Assembly (NCBI GenBank): GCA_020634115.1
Contig: JACKCH010000011.1
Coordinates: 667,945-731,944 of the forward strand
Length of the DNA stretch: 64,000 nt
Origin: Anaerolineaceae bacterium
GTDB lineage: Bacteria; Chloroflexota; Anaerolineae; Aggregatilineales; Phototrophicaceae
Direction of reading: 5' to 3'
Shown here: positions 9,247-19,319 of the stretch, piece by piece
Layout of the letters: every line of letters begins with the position of its first letter
Position numbering within the stretch: the stretch's first letter is position 1
The notes under the pieces: model-generated
The model's database searches: none
What the model was told of the DNA's origin: nothing
What the model saw: the letters and a program-made list of their open reading frames with translations, nothing else
Translations under genes and position numbers: made by a program

Positions 9247-11163
9247 TCACGCCGCCTGGGGCCGCAGCACAGGCCGGAACAGCGTGCGCACGGCCAGCCG
9301 CTGATGATACACGTACCACTCAACCAACAGTACCAGTAAAGCCGCCAGCGCCACCCAGGGCCAGACTTCCCGCTGCCCGGATTCCTCGCGCCCGGTAGCT
9401 GTAATCGTCGCGCCGCTCAGGTGGATTTCTGAGCGGGGTGTGATGTCGCTTTCGCCCAGCGCGAACAGATTCACCGCGAATGACGCCGCTTGCAGCACCG
9501 TATCGCCTTGCAGGATGTCCACCCGGTACAGGCCGGGCTGATCCGTCTCCCCGAAAACCAGCACATCCCGGTCAATCTCCATTGGATAGACGCTGCCATC
9601 TGGCAGTGTGACGCGCACTCCCGTCGCATCAAACGGCGGGGTAATCGCCAGCAGTTCACCCACGCTCAAGCCATCCGGGACGGAAATCGCGCTGCGCGGC
9701 GTGAACCAGTCGAGCAGATTCGCCATCAACACCGGCCAGGTAATTTGCAGCGGCAGGTCGGATTCATGCAGGTCGAATGTGAGAATCGCTACCTGACGCC
9801 CATCCACCTCACCAGCCACCAGCAGCGGCGCACCCTCCACCGACACCAGCGTATCCGCCCAGGGCGTATTGCTGACCGGCGTGAATGCCAGAATATTCAC
9901 CCCACTGAAATCCACAAACGCCATACGCGGGTCATCACGGGCGACGACTGGCGTGCCGCGCATATCCTGTTTCGTCCCCACAGTGAACAGGTCGGTGCTG
10001 TGAGGCGGGTTAATAATCAGCAGGTCTGCGTCGGGCAAATCGCCATCCGGCAGCCAACCATCCAGGATATACAGGTCGAAATTCCTGTTGGGCAGCCCAT
10101 TCTCAATATTCCCGGCGAAGGCCTCAATCGCGGGCAGGCTGCGCATCGCCTGACTTATGAACAGGTTCCCGGCGGTCATCACCAGGGCGCGGCGTGTACC
10201 CACCTGGGAGGATGCTGTCCAGGCTGTATTATCCTCAGCGAGGTAATCCGGCACTATGGAGTCGCTCGGCAGCGTCAGCCCGGCCTGCAAAACCGTGAAA
10301 TCATCCGGCAGGTTAGTCGAAACCAGAGGGTAATCGCTTCCGGCGGGGATGACATAGCGTTGGGCGGTCAGCAAGTCACCGTCCGCCCGCAGGTCGAAGA
10401 TGACCGGGGCGTCCTGGTTGCCATAATTGGTGATCTGGGCGAAAAGCTGCGGCTTCTGCCCTGGCAGTGCCCGCGTCGCCAGAGCCGTAATCGCCAGGTT
10501 GCTGCTGGACTGTCCCACCGGGATATAACGCACGCGATCCGGGTTAGGGACGCCGGGCAGATTATCCGCGTCGCCCAGGCCACCATCCCCGATAATCACA
10601 ATGTCCAGGTCGCTGCTGTGGACGGCGTCGGCAACGGCCAATGTCAACGCGCCGGTCCAGTCCGCGCCTGCGCTGCCAGGCTGGATGCTGGTGATCGCCG
10701 CCCTTAACATCTGGCGGTCATTGGTCGCCGGGGCAATGACTTCCGGCACATCGGCCACCCGAATCACCGTCATCGTATCCCCGGAGCCAAGCGTATCCAG
10801 GATATTCAGTGCCTCACGCCTGGCTTGCTCAAACCGCGACTGCCCGTCTATGTCGGTGGCGTTCATACTGGCCGAAGCGTCTATCAGCAGTTCCACCTGC
10901 CCGGCACTCACCGCCGGGACAATCACAAAGGGGCGTGCCAGCGCGAACACCAGCAGCGCCAGAATCACCAGTTGCAGCAGCAGCAGGATATTACGCCGCA
11001 GCCGCTGCCAGGGCGTGTTGGCTTCGTTGTCCACCACAACCTGTCGCCACAGAAACGTACTGGAAACCAGTACCTCCCGCCGTCGCAGTCGGAGCATATA
11101 CAGCAGAATGATGGGAATTGCCAGCAGCGCACCGATAAGCGCCACAGGGGTGAGCAAAGACAT
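9247..11163 (-). CDS. BatA-like membrane protein with a von Willebrand factor A (VWA) domain
   Basis: Two N-terminal transmembrane helices. LLIDASASM...D.DG.SR MIDAS-type VWA motif. 638 aa. Confidence 0.7.
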   Translation of the reverse strand: MSLLTPVALIGALLAIPIILLYMLRLRRREVLVSSTFLWRQVVVDNEANTPWQRLRRNILLLLQLVILALLVFALARPFVIVPAVSAGQVELLIDASASMNATDIDGQSRFEQARREALNILDTLGSGDTMTVIRVADVPEVIAPATNDRQMLRAAITSIQPGSAGADWTGALTLAVADAVHSSDLDIVIIGDGGLGDADNLPGVPNPDRVRYIPVGQSSSNLAITALATRALPGQKPQLFAQITNYGNQDAPVIFDLRADGDLLTAQRYVIPAGSDYPLVSTNLPDDFTVLQAGLTLPSDSIVPDYLAEDNTAWTASSQVGTRRALVMTAGNLFISQAMRSLPAIEAFAGNIENGLPNRNFDLYILDGWLPDGDLPDADLLIINPPHSTDLFTVGTKQDMRGTPVVARDDPRMAFVDFSGVNILAFTPVSNTPWADTLVSVEGAPLLVAGEVDGRQVAILTFDLHESDLPLQITWPVLMANLLDWFTPRSAISVPDGLSVGELLAITPPFDATGVRVTLPDGSVYPMEIDRDVLVFGETDQPGLYRVDILQGDTVLQAASFAVNLFALGESDITPRSEIHLSGATITATGREESGQREVWPWVALAALLVLLVEWYVYHQRLAVRTLFRPVLRPQAA

Positions 11164-11248
11164 AATTATGAGCCTTCTGATGTTAGGACGAATGCATCAA
11201 AATTGGAATTTCCCATTGGTGTACGCTGTGTTGGCTCTTGTACCCCGT

Positions 11249-11382
11249 CTAAATCTCCCCAGCCAACAGGGAAGACTTGTTGATCCTGGTCTGACCAACT
11301 CCCTCCCCGTTTGCGGGCGACTGACACAGGAGACACATGTCCCATCGAAGGAGGGTTGGGGAGAGGGCAGAAAAGCGATTTT
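11249..11382 (+). repeat. dispersed ~100-nt repeat, copy 1 (carries an extra ~33-nt insertion)
   Basis: Aligns with 48196-48295: CTAAATCTCCCC.GCCA..GGG.GACTTGTT.G.TCCTG.CTGACCA..TC.CC.CC.GTTT.CGGG...GAGGGTT.GGGAG.GG...AAAAG.GATTTT. Confidence 0.7.
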
Positions 11383-11625
11383 GCGTCGAATAAATTGATG
11401 CGATTGCCCTACTTCTTTATGAATGTATTGTACCCTATTTGTGACCTGGACTTGCCCCAGGAACAAATGATGATCCCGTGAGAGTCTGGCCGGAGCGTCC
11501 CGGCGCTGATTGTCCCAAACCTGCGAATCGTGCTAGACTGTTAGAAATTACCAATTTATACGGTTTGTGTATTGGAACGCACCTTCCAATACTATATACA
11601 CGCAAGTAGCGAAAGGGGTTGAGAA

Positions 11626-13107
11626 ATGGCGGATGCAACATTAGCGCAAGTTCAGGCTCTAGCCGACCAACTGACACGCGACGAACGAGAGTCTCTGATT
11701 CAGCATCTACAGTCTGGGCTGACCGCCGTGACATCTACTCCGGTAAGTACTGGCCCGGCAACTACCCCGGCGGCAGGCGGCGCGGCCAGTGGGCCAGCCC
11801 CTACCCAGGCCGGTGCAGGAGCCCCCACCGCACCAACTTTTACCACCGTCAACGGTACGGTGAATGCCACCACCAATGTCCGCAATGGGTATCGTTATAA
11901 TGCGAAGGACTCGAGCGATACCGATACGAAAGTTGCCACGCTCAAAGCTGGGGATCAAGCGGTCATCACGGGCTACACCCTTTACCCGCCCGCCGGGGAG
12001 TATGAACGGCGCTTCCGGCTGGAATGGAATAATCAGGTCGTATGGGGGACAGCCTCGACCTTTGACGTGGACTCGATTTTAGGGCGGCGCGGGCTGGAGT
12101 TCATGCCGTTCAATCTGGAAAAACCCACCAATGAACTGCTGGCAATCATCGGGGTCTCGCTGGATAACGGCGTGAGCCTGGATCAGGCTAAAGAAGCCGC
12201 CGCGCTGCTCTGGGATATTGAACTTTCGCGCATCACCAGCGTGGAGATGTTCCAGGAAGCCCTGGATATTGTCAAAAAACTTGAAAATTACGGCGTGATG
12301 CTCGGCGTCGAGGCTAGTGGGAAGTGGTCAATCGGCAACCTGCGGACAGTGTTTAACGCCATCGAAAGCACTGCTAAAGGCACAGGTGCGCTGTTTGAGC
12401 CGATTTTCGGCTTCCGCGATGATGCCCTGGCCTTCCGCGTGATGTATGGGCCGCTGCGGATTACCCGCTCTGGCAAAGACAACGTGAATCCTTTCGGCGA
12501 TGCCCTGTGGTATGCCCGCAATACGGCTGGATACGAAATCGTCTTTGGCAACCGTGCTTTCTTCGAGAACACACAGACCACCAAGAGCAATCCGGGGTTG
12601 TTCTACACGTCCACCGACCTGGTTGCCCATGAAGTCGCGCACATCATCAACTGGCGCTACCCGCGCGAAATCAAACCCGGCTCGGCACTGACCCAAAAGC
12701 CCGCCAATTATTATGAAGCGAAAATCGCTTTCGCCTCGTATGATTTCGAGGGGCAGACGTTCAAATTCAAGAGCTATAACGAAGGCTATGCGATGGCCGC
12801 CCGCAGCAGCAACGGTATTCATGAAACCGTCACCGACGCGGTAGCCTGCCTGAGCCTGGATCGCTTCACCGATGACATCAAAGGCCGCGCCCGCAAACAG
12901 CAGATGACTGACTATATGCGGCAGGTGATTACCTACCGCGTGCGCGAACACGGTGGTGTGGATAATCTGGTGAGTGACATCGCCAAGAAACGCTCCACTG
13001 ATCTCAAACTTCCCGCCAAGATGCAGCCCATCCTGGAAATCATGAGTACCGCCCCGCTGAATCTGGATAACGAACTGCATGACCTGGGTTCAAAATTGAC
13101 GTCGTAG
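11626..13107 (+). CDS. hypothetical multidomain protein: N-terminal helical region, Ala/Pro/Thr-rich linker, SH3-like beta domain, putative HExxH zinc metallopeptidase domain
   Basis: AGGGGTTGAGAA ribosome-binding site. HEVAHII motif. No obvious signal peptide. Confidence 0.55.
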   Translation: MADATLAQVQALADQLTRDERESLIQHLQSGLTAVTSTPVSTGPATTPAAGGAASGPAPTQAGAGAPTAPTFTTVNGTVNATTNVRNGYRYNAKDSSDTDTKVATLKAGDQAVITGYTLYPPAGEYERRFRLEWNNQVVWGTASTFDVDSILGRRGLEFMPFNLEKPTNELLAIIGVSLDNGVSLDQAKEAAALLWDIELSRITSVEMFQEALDIVKKLENYGVMLGVEASGKWSIGNLRTVFNAIESTAKGTGALFEPIFGFRDDALAFRVMYGPLRITRSGKDNVNPFGDALWYARNTAGYEIVFGNRAFFENTQTTKSNPGLFYTSTDLVAHEVAHIINWRYPREIKPGSALTQKPANYYEAKIAFASYDFEGQTFKFKSYNEGYAMAARSSNGIHETVTDAVACLSLDRFTDDIKGRARKQQMTDYMRQVITYRVREHGGVDNLVSDIAKKRSTDLKLPAKMQPILEIMSTAPLNLDNELHDLGSKLTS

Positions 13108-13129
13108 CCCTCATCTTTGATTCTGATTG

Positions 13130-13153
13130 GTAGGGGCGCATTTGCGCCCCTAC
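13130..13153. repeat. REP-like palindrome GTAGGGGCGCA-(A/T)-TGCGCCCCTAC
   Basis: Inverted repeat immediately downstream of the 13107 stop. Confidence 0.7.
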
Positions 13154-13209
13154 ATAAAATACGCTGTAAACCACGAACATGCCCCACTGGAACAGGATAT
13201 TTACGCATC

Positions 13210-13842
13210 ATGATTCTGAAATGGATGCGCTGCACGGTGGAAGCGGCTGATCGCGCCGCTTTTCATGAGGCACAGCAGGCTTGGCGAACACTGGCTGGTC
13301 TGCCGGGCTTTCGGATCCAGGTGGGCGGTTGGAACAGTCAGAATCCCGCCGAAGCGTGCATTCTGGGTGTGTGGGCTGACCAGGCGGCCTATGAGTCCTT
13401 CATGCAGCACCACCATGATCGGATTGCCGATACTTCCGGGCAGGCCACAACCTACCGCGCGATCACCGTCACGTTTTTGGATGTGCTGGGACAGACGGGG
13501 GAACCTGCCGCATTGGCCGGGGCGGCGTGTCTGCACATTGCCCACAGCGTCCTCTATCCGGGGCGGGAGACGCATTTTCGGGAGGCCCAGCGGACGGTCT
13601 GGCTGCCGGGGATGCAGGGGGCGGGGATGGTGGCCGGACTTTTCGGGATGGCACAGTCAGCCGAGGGTGCGCCTGTCTATCTCACAGTCTCGGCCTGGCC
13701 GACAGCAGCCCACTTCCACGATTACCTGGCCGACCACTTCACCCCCTTGCGCCAGCAGGCCCACCTGGAAACGGACACCGCTTCGCGCACCGCGACTCTC
13801 ATCTGCCTGGAACCCCTATGGACGGTTACTCCCAACACCTAG
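13210..13842 (+). CDS. hypothetical protein (dimeric alpha+beta barrel-like; two tandem ABM-like halves?)
   Basis: ORF 13117-13842 with internal ATG at 13210 (MILKWMRC...). No recognised catalytic motif. Confidence 0.4.
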   Translation: MILKWMRCTVEAADRAAFHEAQQAWRTLAGLPGFRIQVGGWNSQNPAEACILGVWADQAAYESFMQHHHDRIADTSGQATTYRAITVTFLDVLGQTGEPAALAGAACLHIAHSVLYPGRETHFREAQRTVWLPGMQGAGMVAGLFGMAQSAEGAPVYLTVSAWPTAAHFHDYLADHFTPLRQQAHLETDTASRTATLICLEPLWTVTPNT

Positions 13843-14294
13843 CGGCACTGCGGCGCATTCATGGCCGGTTGGCCGGGAGCGAGATCGTGTGGGCGCTCAC
13901 CGGCAGTCTGAGCTTCGCGCTTCAGGGCGTCCCGGTTGAACCGCACGACATAGACCTGCAAACCAACGCCGCCGGAGCGTATGCTATTGAACGCCATTTG
14001 GCCGATTATGTCACCCGTCCGGTAGCTTTCTCCGCTGCGGAAACGGTGCGCTCACACTTTGGCAGGCTGCGGGTGGGCGGTGTGGAGGTGGATATTATCG
14101 GCGACATCGAAAAACGTCTGCCGGATGGCTCATGGGACGCGCCGCCGGACATCGCGCATTGGCGGCGCTGGATTACCGCTACCGGGATTCGGCTGCCGGT
14201 GCTGGCACTGGAATATGAGGTTGAGGCCTACCGGAAGCTGGGGCGGCTGGAGCAGGCGCAGCTTGTGAAAGATTTTCTAAGCATAGGTGAATAA
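13818..14294 (+). CDS. nucleotidyltransferase-fold protein
   Basis: GSLSFALQGVPVEPHDIDLQT (G-S...D.D pattern). ATG at 13818 overlaps the upstream stop by 25 nt. Confidence 0.5.
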   Translation: MDGYSQHLAALRRIHGRLAGSEIVWALTGSLSFALQGVPVEPHDIDLQTNAAGAYAIERHLADYVTRPVAFSAAETVRSHFGRLRVGGVEVDIIGDIEKRLPDGSWDAPPDIAHWRRWITATGIRLPVLALEYEVEAYRKLGRLEQAQLVKDFLSIGE

Positions 14295-14414
14295 TAAATT
14301 TAGAATTGGTTATAGATAGCAAACCTGTCAAATCTTAATTGTTAAGCATTAAACAAGGGCATACGATCAAATCATCTTAACAACGTTAGTTTGTCCAGAT
14401 GAGGATATCGTATC

Positions 14415-14975
14415 ATGCGTAAACTTGCTTTTCTATTCATTATCGCTTTGCTGACTGTACCATTTTTCGTTATCGCACAGGGCGACCCGCACGAAAACGC
14501 CTGTTATGAAGGTGGTTCCATGTGGCGGGATAACGGGGATGGCTGCCCCACCGAATGGCACTGGACGGTGGGCTGGTATCTGGCTCAATGGGAAAACAAT
14601 GGCGGCTGGAGCAACCCGGATAACTTCTTCCCCGAATGGGGCGACCCCCAGAACGTGCTGCCACCCCGCGAAGTGGAAGAGGTTGAACCCGAATCGGTAA
14701 TCGGCTGCCAATGGGCCACCGATGCGTCCTGGAACAATTTCTATGTGAAGTTCGGCGCGAGTTACGCTCTGAGTGCGCCTCACCCGGTGTACCAGGACGC
14801 GACCTGCACGACACTGGCAGACCCAGCGACGATTCCCGCGCTCGTGAACGCCGACCTGGTGTATGCGCCGTGGCAGACGACGGATGCTGATGCACGCTGC
14901 CAGGCCGCGTTCGGTAATCTCTTCAGCGCCCAGGGTTTATCAGAGGGTGACGTATACGCCTGTACGGCGGTCTAG
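14415..14975 (+). CDS. secreted Trp-rich hypothetical protein
   Basis: Signal peptide MRKLAFLFIIALLTVPFFVIAQG. AT-rich upstream region. Confidence 0.5.
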   Translation: MRKLAFLFIIALLTVPFFVIAQGDPHENACYEGGSMWRDNGDGCPTEWHWTVGWYLAQWENNGGWSNPDNFFPEWGDPQNVLPPREVEEVEPESVIGCQWATDASWNNFYVKFGASYALSAPHPVYQDATCTTLADPATIPALVNADLVYAPWQTTDADARCQAAFGNLFSAQGLSEGDVYACTAV

Positions 14976-15082
14976 TCCCGACTCACCCAGCTTTGCGGAG
15001 GAGCGCCATGTGCGCTCCTTTTTTTGTCACCTTGTCCCTTATCTCATCCGGTGGATTTGCTATAATCGGCAGCTATTCGGCT

Positions 15083-15676
15083 ATGAGAGGAGACAGCCCC
15101 ATGCCCGGTCACGACAACCCGCTCTTACTCGATTTCCCCGATTCGTTTGAAACCGAGCGCCTGTTGATCCGCGCCCCGCACCCTGGCGATGGTCGTGCGG
15201 TCAATGAGGCGGTGATCGAATCGCTGGATAACCTGCGCCCCTGGATGCCCTGGGCGCAAACCGCGCCAACGATTGAAGAAAACGAAACGTTCGTCCGCCG
15301 GGCTGCTGCTCAGTTTGCCCTGCGGGAAGACCTGCCGCTGTTTTTGTTCCGCAAAGCCGATAACCGCTTTGTGGGGGGGAGTGGATTGCACCGGATTGAC
15401 TGGTCAGTGCCGCATTTTGAAATCGGCTACTGGGTGCGAACCAGCCTGGAAGGACAGGGGTACGTGACCGAAGCCGTCCACGGAATCGCCAATTTTGCGT
15501 TTACAGCCCTGAGTGCTGAACGGGTCGAGATTCGCTGTGATGTACGCAACGAACGCAGCGCTGCCGTCGCCCGGCGTGCCGGATTCAGGCTGGATGGCTG
15601 CCTGCGTCACGATGCGCGGGGGGCACGGGGCGAACTGCGCGATACCTACGTGTTTTCTAAAATACGCGGGGAGTAA
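15083..15676 (+). CDS. GNAT family N-acetyltransferase (RimJ/RimL-like)
   Basis: TERLLIRAP...GGSGLHRIDW...GYWV..S..GQGYVTEA pattern. Alternative ATG at 15101. Confidence 0.65.
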   Translation: MRGDSPMPGHDNPLLLDFPDSFETERLLIRAPHPGDGRAVNEAVIESLDNLRPWMPWAQTAPTIEENETFVRRAAAQFALREDLPLFLFRKADNRFVGGSGLHRIDWSVPHFEIGYWVRTSLEGQGYVTEAVHGIANFAFTALSAERVEIRCDVRNERSAAVARRAGFRLDGCLRHDARGARGELRDTYVFSKIRGE

Positions 15677-15701
15677 CCGGCACAACATCACAGGCTGCTG
15701 G

Positions 15702-16568
15702 TTACAAGCGGGGCGGGCCTGCCATGATTCGGGATTCGAGCGGGGCAGTATCCCACTCCCGCCACAGATCGCCCCATCCCATGCCAAGCCGCAGCGGGCT
15801 GATGTCTTCAATCCACCAGGTCGCGCCAAGCCGTTCGTAGGCAGCGACGATATCCTGATCGTCGTTACGTCCGCCTGCCGTGACGCCCCCGGCAGCCAGG
15901 TCAAATGGCGCGGTACTGCTGCCCCGCTGCGTTTGCAGATAGGCCTGGATGTCTCCTAATTGTTCCGGCGTCATAGGGGCATTTGTGACGCCGGGGAACA
16001 TGCCGTCATAGCGGGCGGCGCGGCGAAAAGGCGCTTTATGCGGCCAGTATCCCCCCACCCAGACCGGAATCGGTTGGATAGGCGCGGGTAGAAATGTGGC
16101 GTCTTCCAGCTGATAATGCTGCCCGGTAAAACGAAACGGCTTTCCCTGCCAGAGATTCGTCAGAATCGCCAGCCCCTCATCCAGTTTCTCCGCCCGAATT
16201 TTGGGGTCGTCCGCCTCGTGGAAGGTGCGGTACTCCCATTCAACCGGGTCGCCCAGCCCGACACCGAGGATCAACCGCCCGCCGGAGAGGTTCTGGAGCG
16301 TCACCGTCTCCCGCGCCACTTTCCAGGGGCGGCGGCGTGGTAAAGGCGTGACCAGTGTTCCCAGCATGATGCGTTTGGTCTGGACGGCAGCGGCGGCTAA
16401 GGTCATCCAGGGGTCGACGTGGGCATTCTGATCCAGCTCGCAGAACAGCAGATGATCCCACAGGAAGAACCCATCCCATCCTGCGTCCTCGGCCTTACGT
16501 GCCAGGTCAAGCAGCCGGTGAATATCACCAAAAGCGCCAAAGTTCGGTAAATGTACGCCGTATTTCAT
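15702..16568 (-). CDS. LLM-class (luciferase-like) flavin/F420-dependent oxidoreductase
   Basis: MKYGVHLPNFGAFGD...DAGWDGFFLWDHL. GGGAGAA ribosome-binding site before ATG at 16568. Confidence 0.7.
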   Translation of the reverse strand: MKYGVHLPNFGAFGDIHRLLDLARKAEDAGWDGFFLWDHLLFCELDQNAHVDPWMTLAAAAVQTKRIMLGTLVTPLPRRRPWKVARETVTLQNLSGGRLILGVGLGDPVEWEYRTFHEADDPKIRAEKLDEGLAILTNLWQGKPFRFTGQHYQLEDATFLPAPIQPIPVWVGGYWPHKAPFRRAARYDGMFPGVTNAPMTPEQLGDIQAYLQTQRGSSTAPFDLAAGGVTAGGRNDDQDIVAAYERLGATWWIEDISPLRLGMGWGDLWREWDTAPLESRIMAGPPRL

Positions 16569-16881
16569 GATTCTCCCTTCCGGCTTTATTGGTCGGCAAT
16601 CATCGTATCCAGAATGAAACGCCCCATGTGCCCCAAACATTGGGCTACTGCCTGCGCTTGCGTTATACTATTGTCAATTCGATGAGCAATTTTCCCGATT
16701 TCTCATGAAGCCACGTCAAAAATAGCGCCCCAACTCGTCAAAATTGGGTAGCGGTATCTGCCGCCACAATCGGGTATACTCGTGCAGCGATTTCGCCGGG
16801 TATCCTGCCGGTTCGTGGATGAGTAAAATAGTGCGCAAGCAGACAACTGCATGAGATCACAGTCAGAAAGGTTTTTTGGTT

Positions 16882-17985
16882 ATGGACTTTCAAAGCGAAT
16901 ATGTTCAACTGGCACTTTTTGGTCAGCAGTTTCAAATTCGCTACTACGGCCTGATTATCGTCACCGGGATGATTATTGCGGCAATGGTAGCTGCGCGGCT
17001 GGCAAAGCGCGATCATCGTGACCCAGAGCATATCTGGGGCGCGCTAACCTGGGCGATTATCCCCGGCATTATCCTGGCGCGGCTGTGGTTCGTGCTGTTC
17101 CCCCCGGTTACGCTGATCGAACGGGGCATGGATACCGCCTGGTTTTTGCAGAATTTTGGCGACCTGCAAAACGGCCCGCTGGCGATCTGGAGCGGCGGCC
17201 TGAGCATCTTTGGCGCGGTGCTGGGCGGCTTCCTGGGCGCGTACCTGTATTTCAGCCGCTGGCATAACCCGCTCACCAACTTCATTTCACGCTGGTGGTG
17301 GATTCCCACCGGGATCATCGGCATCCTGGTAGCGATTGCCGGGATTACCGGGCAGAACACACTGGCAACCGTGTTAGGTATCCTGCTGGTGGTGATCGTT
17401 GCCCTGTCGTTTATCCCCATCGTGCGGCGGTGGTTCGCCGGGGATGCCGGTGCGCCCTTCCCGGATGGTGGGATGCGCCTGTGGCCGTGGTTGGACATCG
17501 CAGCCGTAGCACTGCCGATAGGGCAGGCCATTGGCCGCTGGGCGAACTACGTCAATCAGGAACTCTACGGGACGGTGACAACCCTTCCCTGGGGCATTAC
17601 GATTGACTCGGCGCACCGGGTCGCGCCGTATACGAGTACGGTGGAATTCCCGGTGGCGACGGCTAAATTCCACCCGCTGTTCCTGTATGAATCGCTGTGG
17701 AGCATCCTGGCGTTTATCGTGCTGCTGAATATCTTCCTACGCTACCGAAACCGCCTGTTCCCAGGGGACATTTTCCTGCTGTATGTAGCGCAGTATGCCT
17801 TTATCCGCTTCCTGCTCGAATTCCTCCGTGTTGAGGTGGCGTACCTGCCAGGGACGACCATCAACAGTTCGCAGGTGGCAACCGCGCTCGCCTTCATCGC
17901 GGCACTCGCGTTTTTCTTCTACCGACATCGTCCGGGCGCGGTGTATGTGCCAAAAGAGGATGAAACTGCCGTGCACCACGCCTAA
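16882..17985 (+). CDS. lgt: prolipoprotein diacylglyceryl transferase
   Basis: Multi-transmembrane protein. GGLSIFGAVLGGFLG and GRWANYVNQELYG Lgt signatures. Confidence 0.8.
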   Translation: MDFQSEYVQLALFGQQFQIRYYGLIIVTGMIIAAMVAARLAKRDHRDPEHIWGALTWAIIPGIILARLWFVLFPPVTLIERGMDTAWFLQNFGDLQNGPLAIWSGGLSIFGAVLGGFLGAYLYFSRWHNPLTNFISRWWWIPTGIIGILVAIAGITGQNTLATVLGILLVVIVALSFIPIVRRWFAGDAGAPFPDGGMRLWPWLDIAAVALPIGQAIGRWANYVNQELYGTVTTLPWGITIDSAHRVAPYTSTVEFPVATAKFHPLFLYESLWSILAFIVLLNIFLRYRNRLFPGDIFLLYVAQYAFIRFLLEFLRVEVAYLPGTTINSSQVATALAFIAALAFFFYRHRPGAVYVPKEDETAVHHA

Positions 17986-18017
17986 GCGTGACGGGCTGCA
18001 AAAGAGATTATCACGAT

Positions 18018-18053
18018 GGGCTGCTCGCTGCTGGGGCAGCCCGTTTTTTGTTT
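18018..18053 (+). terminator. Rho-independent terminator after lgt
   Basis: gggctgc...gcagccc stem followed by GTTTTTTGTTT. Confidence 0.65.
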
Positions 18054-18189
18054 CGCCATGTGCAAGCCCTTGCTGAGTCGTTATAATCCAATTTTCAGAC
18101 GTCGGTGGTTCGATGTCAGTTTTCAGTGATCGGTTGTCAGTGGTCAGCAGGCGTGTAGAGGCTGTTTGAATATTCACTGTCTTCGCTGG

Positions 18190-18216
18190 GTAGGGGCATG
18201 ATATATCATGCCCTAC
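18190..18216. repeat. REP-like palindrome, near copy of 8217-8244
   Basis: gtaggggcatgatatatcatgccctac. Confidence 0.7.
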
Positions 18217-18311
18217 GGGAAAAATCTCGAATTTTTAAATCGGCTCTAAGGCCGAATCAAAACGCCACAGACCACTGATGATTTCTTAACGTATCAGCAG
18301 GTTTAGGAAAT

Positions 18312-18812
18312 ATGCAATCAAAACGAATTTGGATTATCGCGCTGGCGATCATCGTCAGCATTCTCATTGTGATTGTGGTGACTTACGCACTGACCCCGCA
18401 GAACACTGACCCGGCGTATCTGGCGGCGCTGGAATTCGTAGAGGCGGTGCGGCAGCAAGACGACCCGACGGCCTTCGCGCTTTTGAGTGATGACCTGCAA
18501 ACCTACGTCCGTGACAATTGCCCGGATGGGAGCGTTTCGGCCTGTATCAACGCCTATACCCCGCCGGAATGGGGCAAGATGCTCAGTGCCGTTTTCCGTC
18601 GGGCGGCGCCGGATGGCCCCAATTTTGATGTGGATATTATCGCCACGTATGCCGAGGATAAGGGCTTCAGCGGCGTGTGTATCTACCAACGCATGGAGCA
18701 GGATGCCGCCGGAGAGTGGAAAGTGTACGCCTGGGCGGGGTATGTCTCATGCGGGGATGGCGCGTCCCGGAACATGGCTCACAATCTTGACGCCCCGAAC
18801 CGCGTGCCATAA
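18312..18812 (+). CDS. hypothetical membrane-anchored or secreted protein
   Basis: N-terminal transmembrane/signal anchor (MQSKRIWIIALAIIVSILIVIVV). Confidence 0.45.
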   Translation: MQSKRIWIIALAIIVSILIVIVVTYALTPQNTDPAYLAALEFVEAVRQQDDPTAFALLSDDLQTYVRDNCPDGSVSACINAYTPPEWGKMLSAVFRRAAPDGPNFDVDIIATYAEDKGFSGVCIYQRMEQDAAGEWKVYAWAGYVSCGDGASRNMAHNLDAPNRVP

Positions 18813-19007
18813 GAATCCACGCCGGGAAATTGTGAGGTTAAGCATTTAATCAGGTCATAAGTACGACTCGGTGGGTCAGGTTTTGGCGGACAGGGCAAGC
18901 CCTATCCCTACAAAACCCCATCGTAGGGATGCCCCTTTGGGCGTCCGCCGTTAAAACCAAACGGTTGCCAGATTACGCTTCCGAATAGCGGGCTAATCTG
19001 GCGTCAC

Positions 19008-19307
19008 CTAGCCCTCTTCGTAATATTCGCCTTCGGTATAGGCGGCGCGGCGTTCCTGCGAGTGGAAGTACCAGGCTACCGCCAGGGTTGCCCCGCTAAA
19101 AACCGCTCCAATCACAATACCGACCACAATCGCTTGCAGTGGCACATTACCCTGCGCCAGGGAAGTCAGAATCATTAGAAAGATACTCAACACCATGCCG
19201 CCACCAGCAACCATCCCTGGATTCGCCCATTCACGGCGAATTGCCAGATAGAGGCCGACCAGGACAAGCGCGAACAAAGCAAATAAGATCAACGCGAAAC
19301 CTTGCAT
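19008..19307 (-). CDS. small hypothetical membrane protein
   Basis: 99 aa with three hydrophobic helices. Confidence 0.4.
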   Translation of the reverse strand: MQGFALILFALFALVLVGLYLAIRREWANPGMVAGGGMVLSIFLMILTSLAQGNVPLQAIVVGIVIGAVFSGATLAVAWYFHSQERRAAYTEGEYYEEG

Positions 19308-19319
19308 GTTGTTTTCCCC

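Noticed and set aside
9490-10707. 405-aa plus-strand ORF antisense to the VWA/BatA-like gene.
   Set aside because: It has no motifs and an Arg/Gln-rich composition. The minus-strand product has transmembrane helices and a VWA MIDAS motif.
13265-13939. 224-aa alternate-frame ORF overlapping 13210-13842 and 13818-14294.
   Set aside because: The Arg/Pro/Gly-rich translation is typical of an off-frame high-GC reading. The two in-frame genes have plausible folds and starts.
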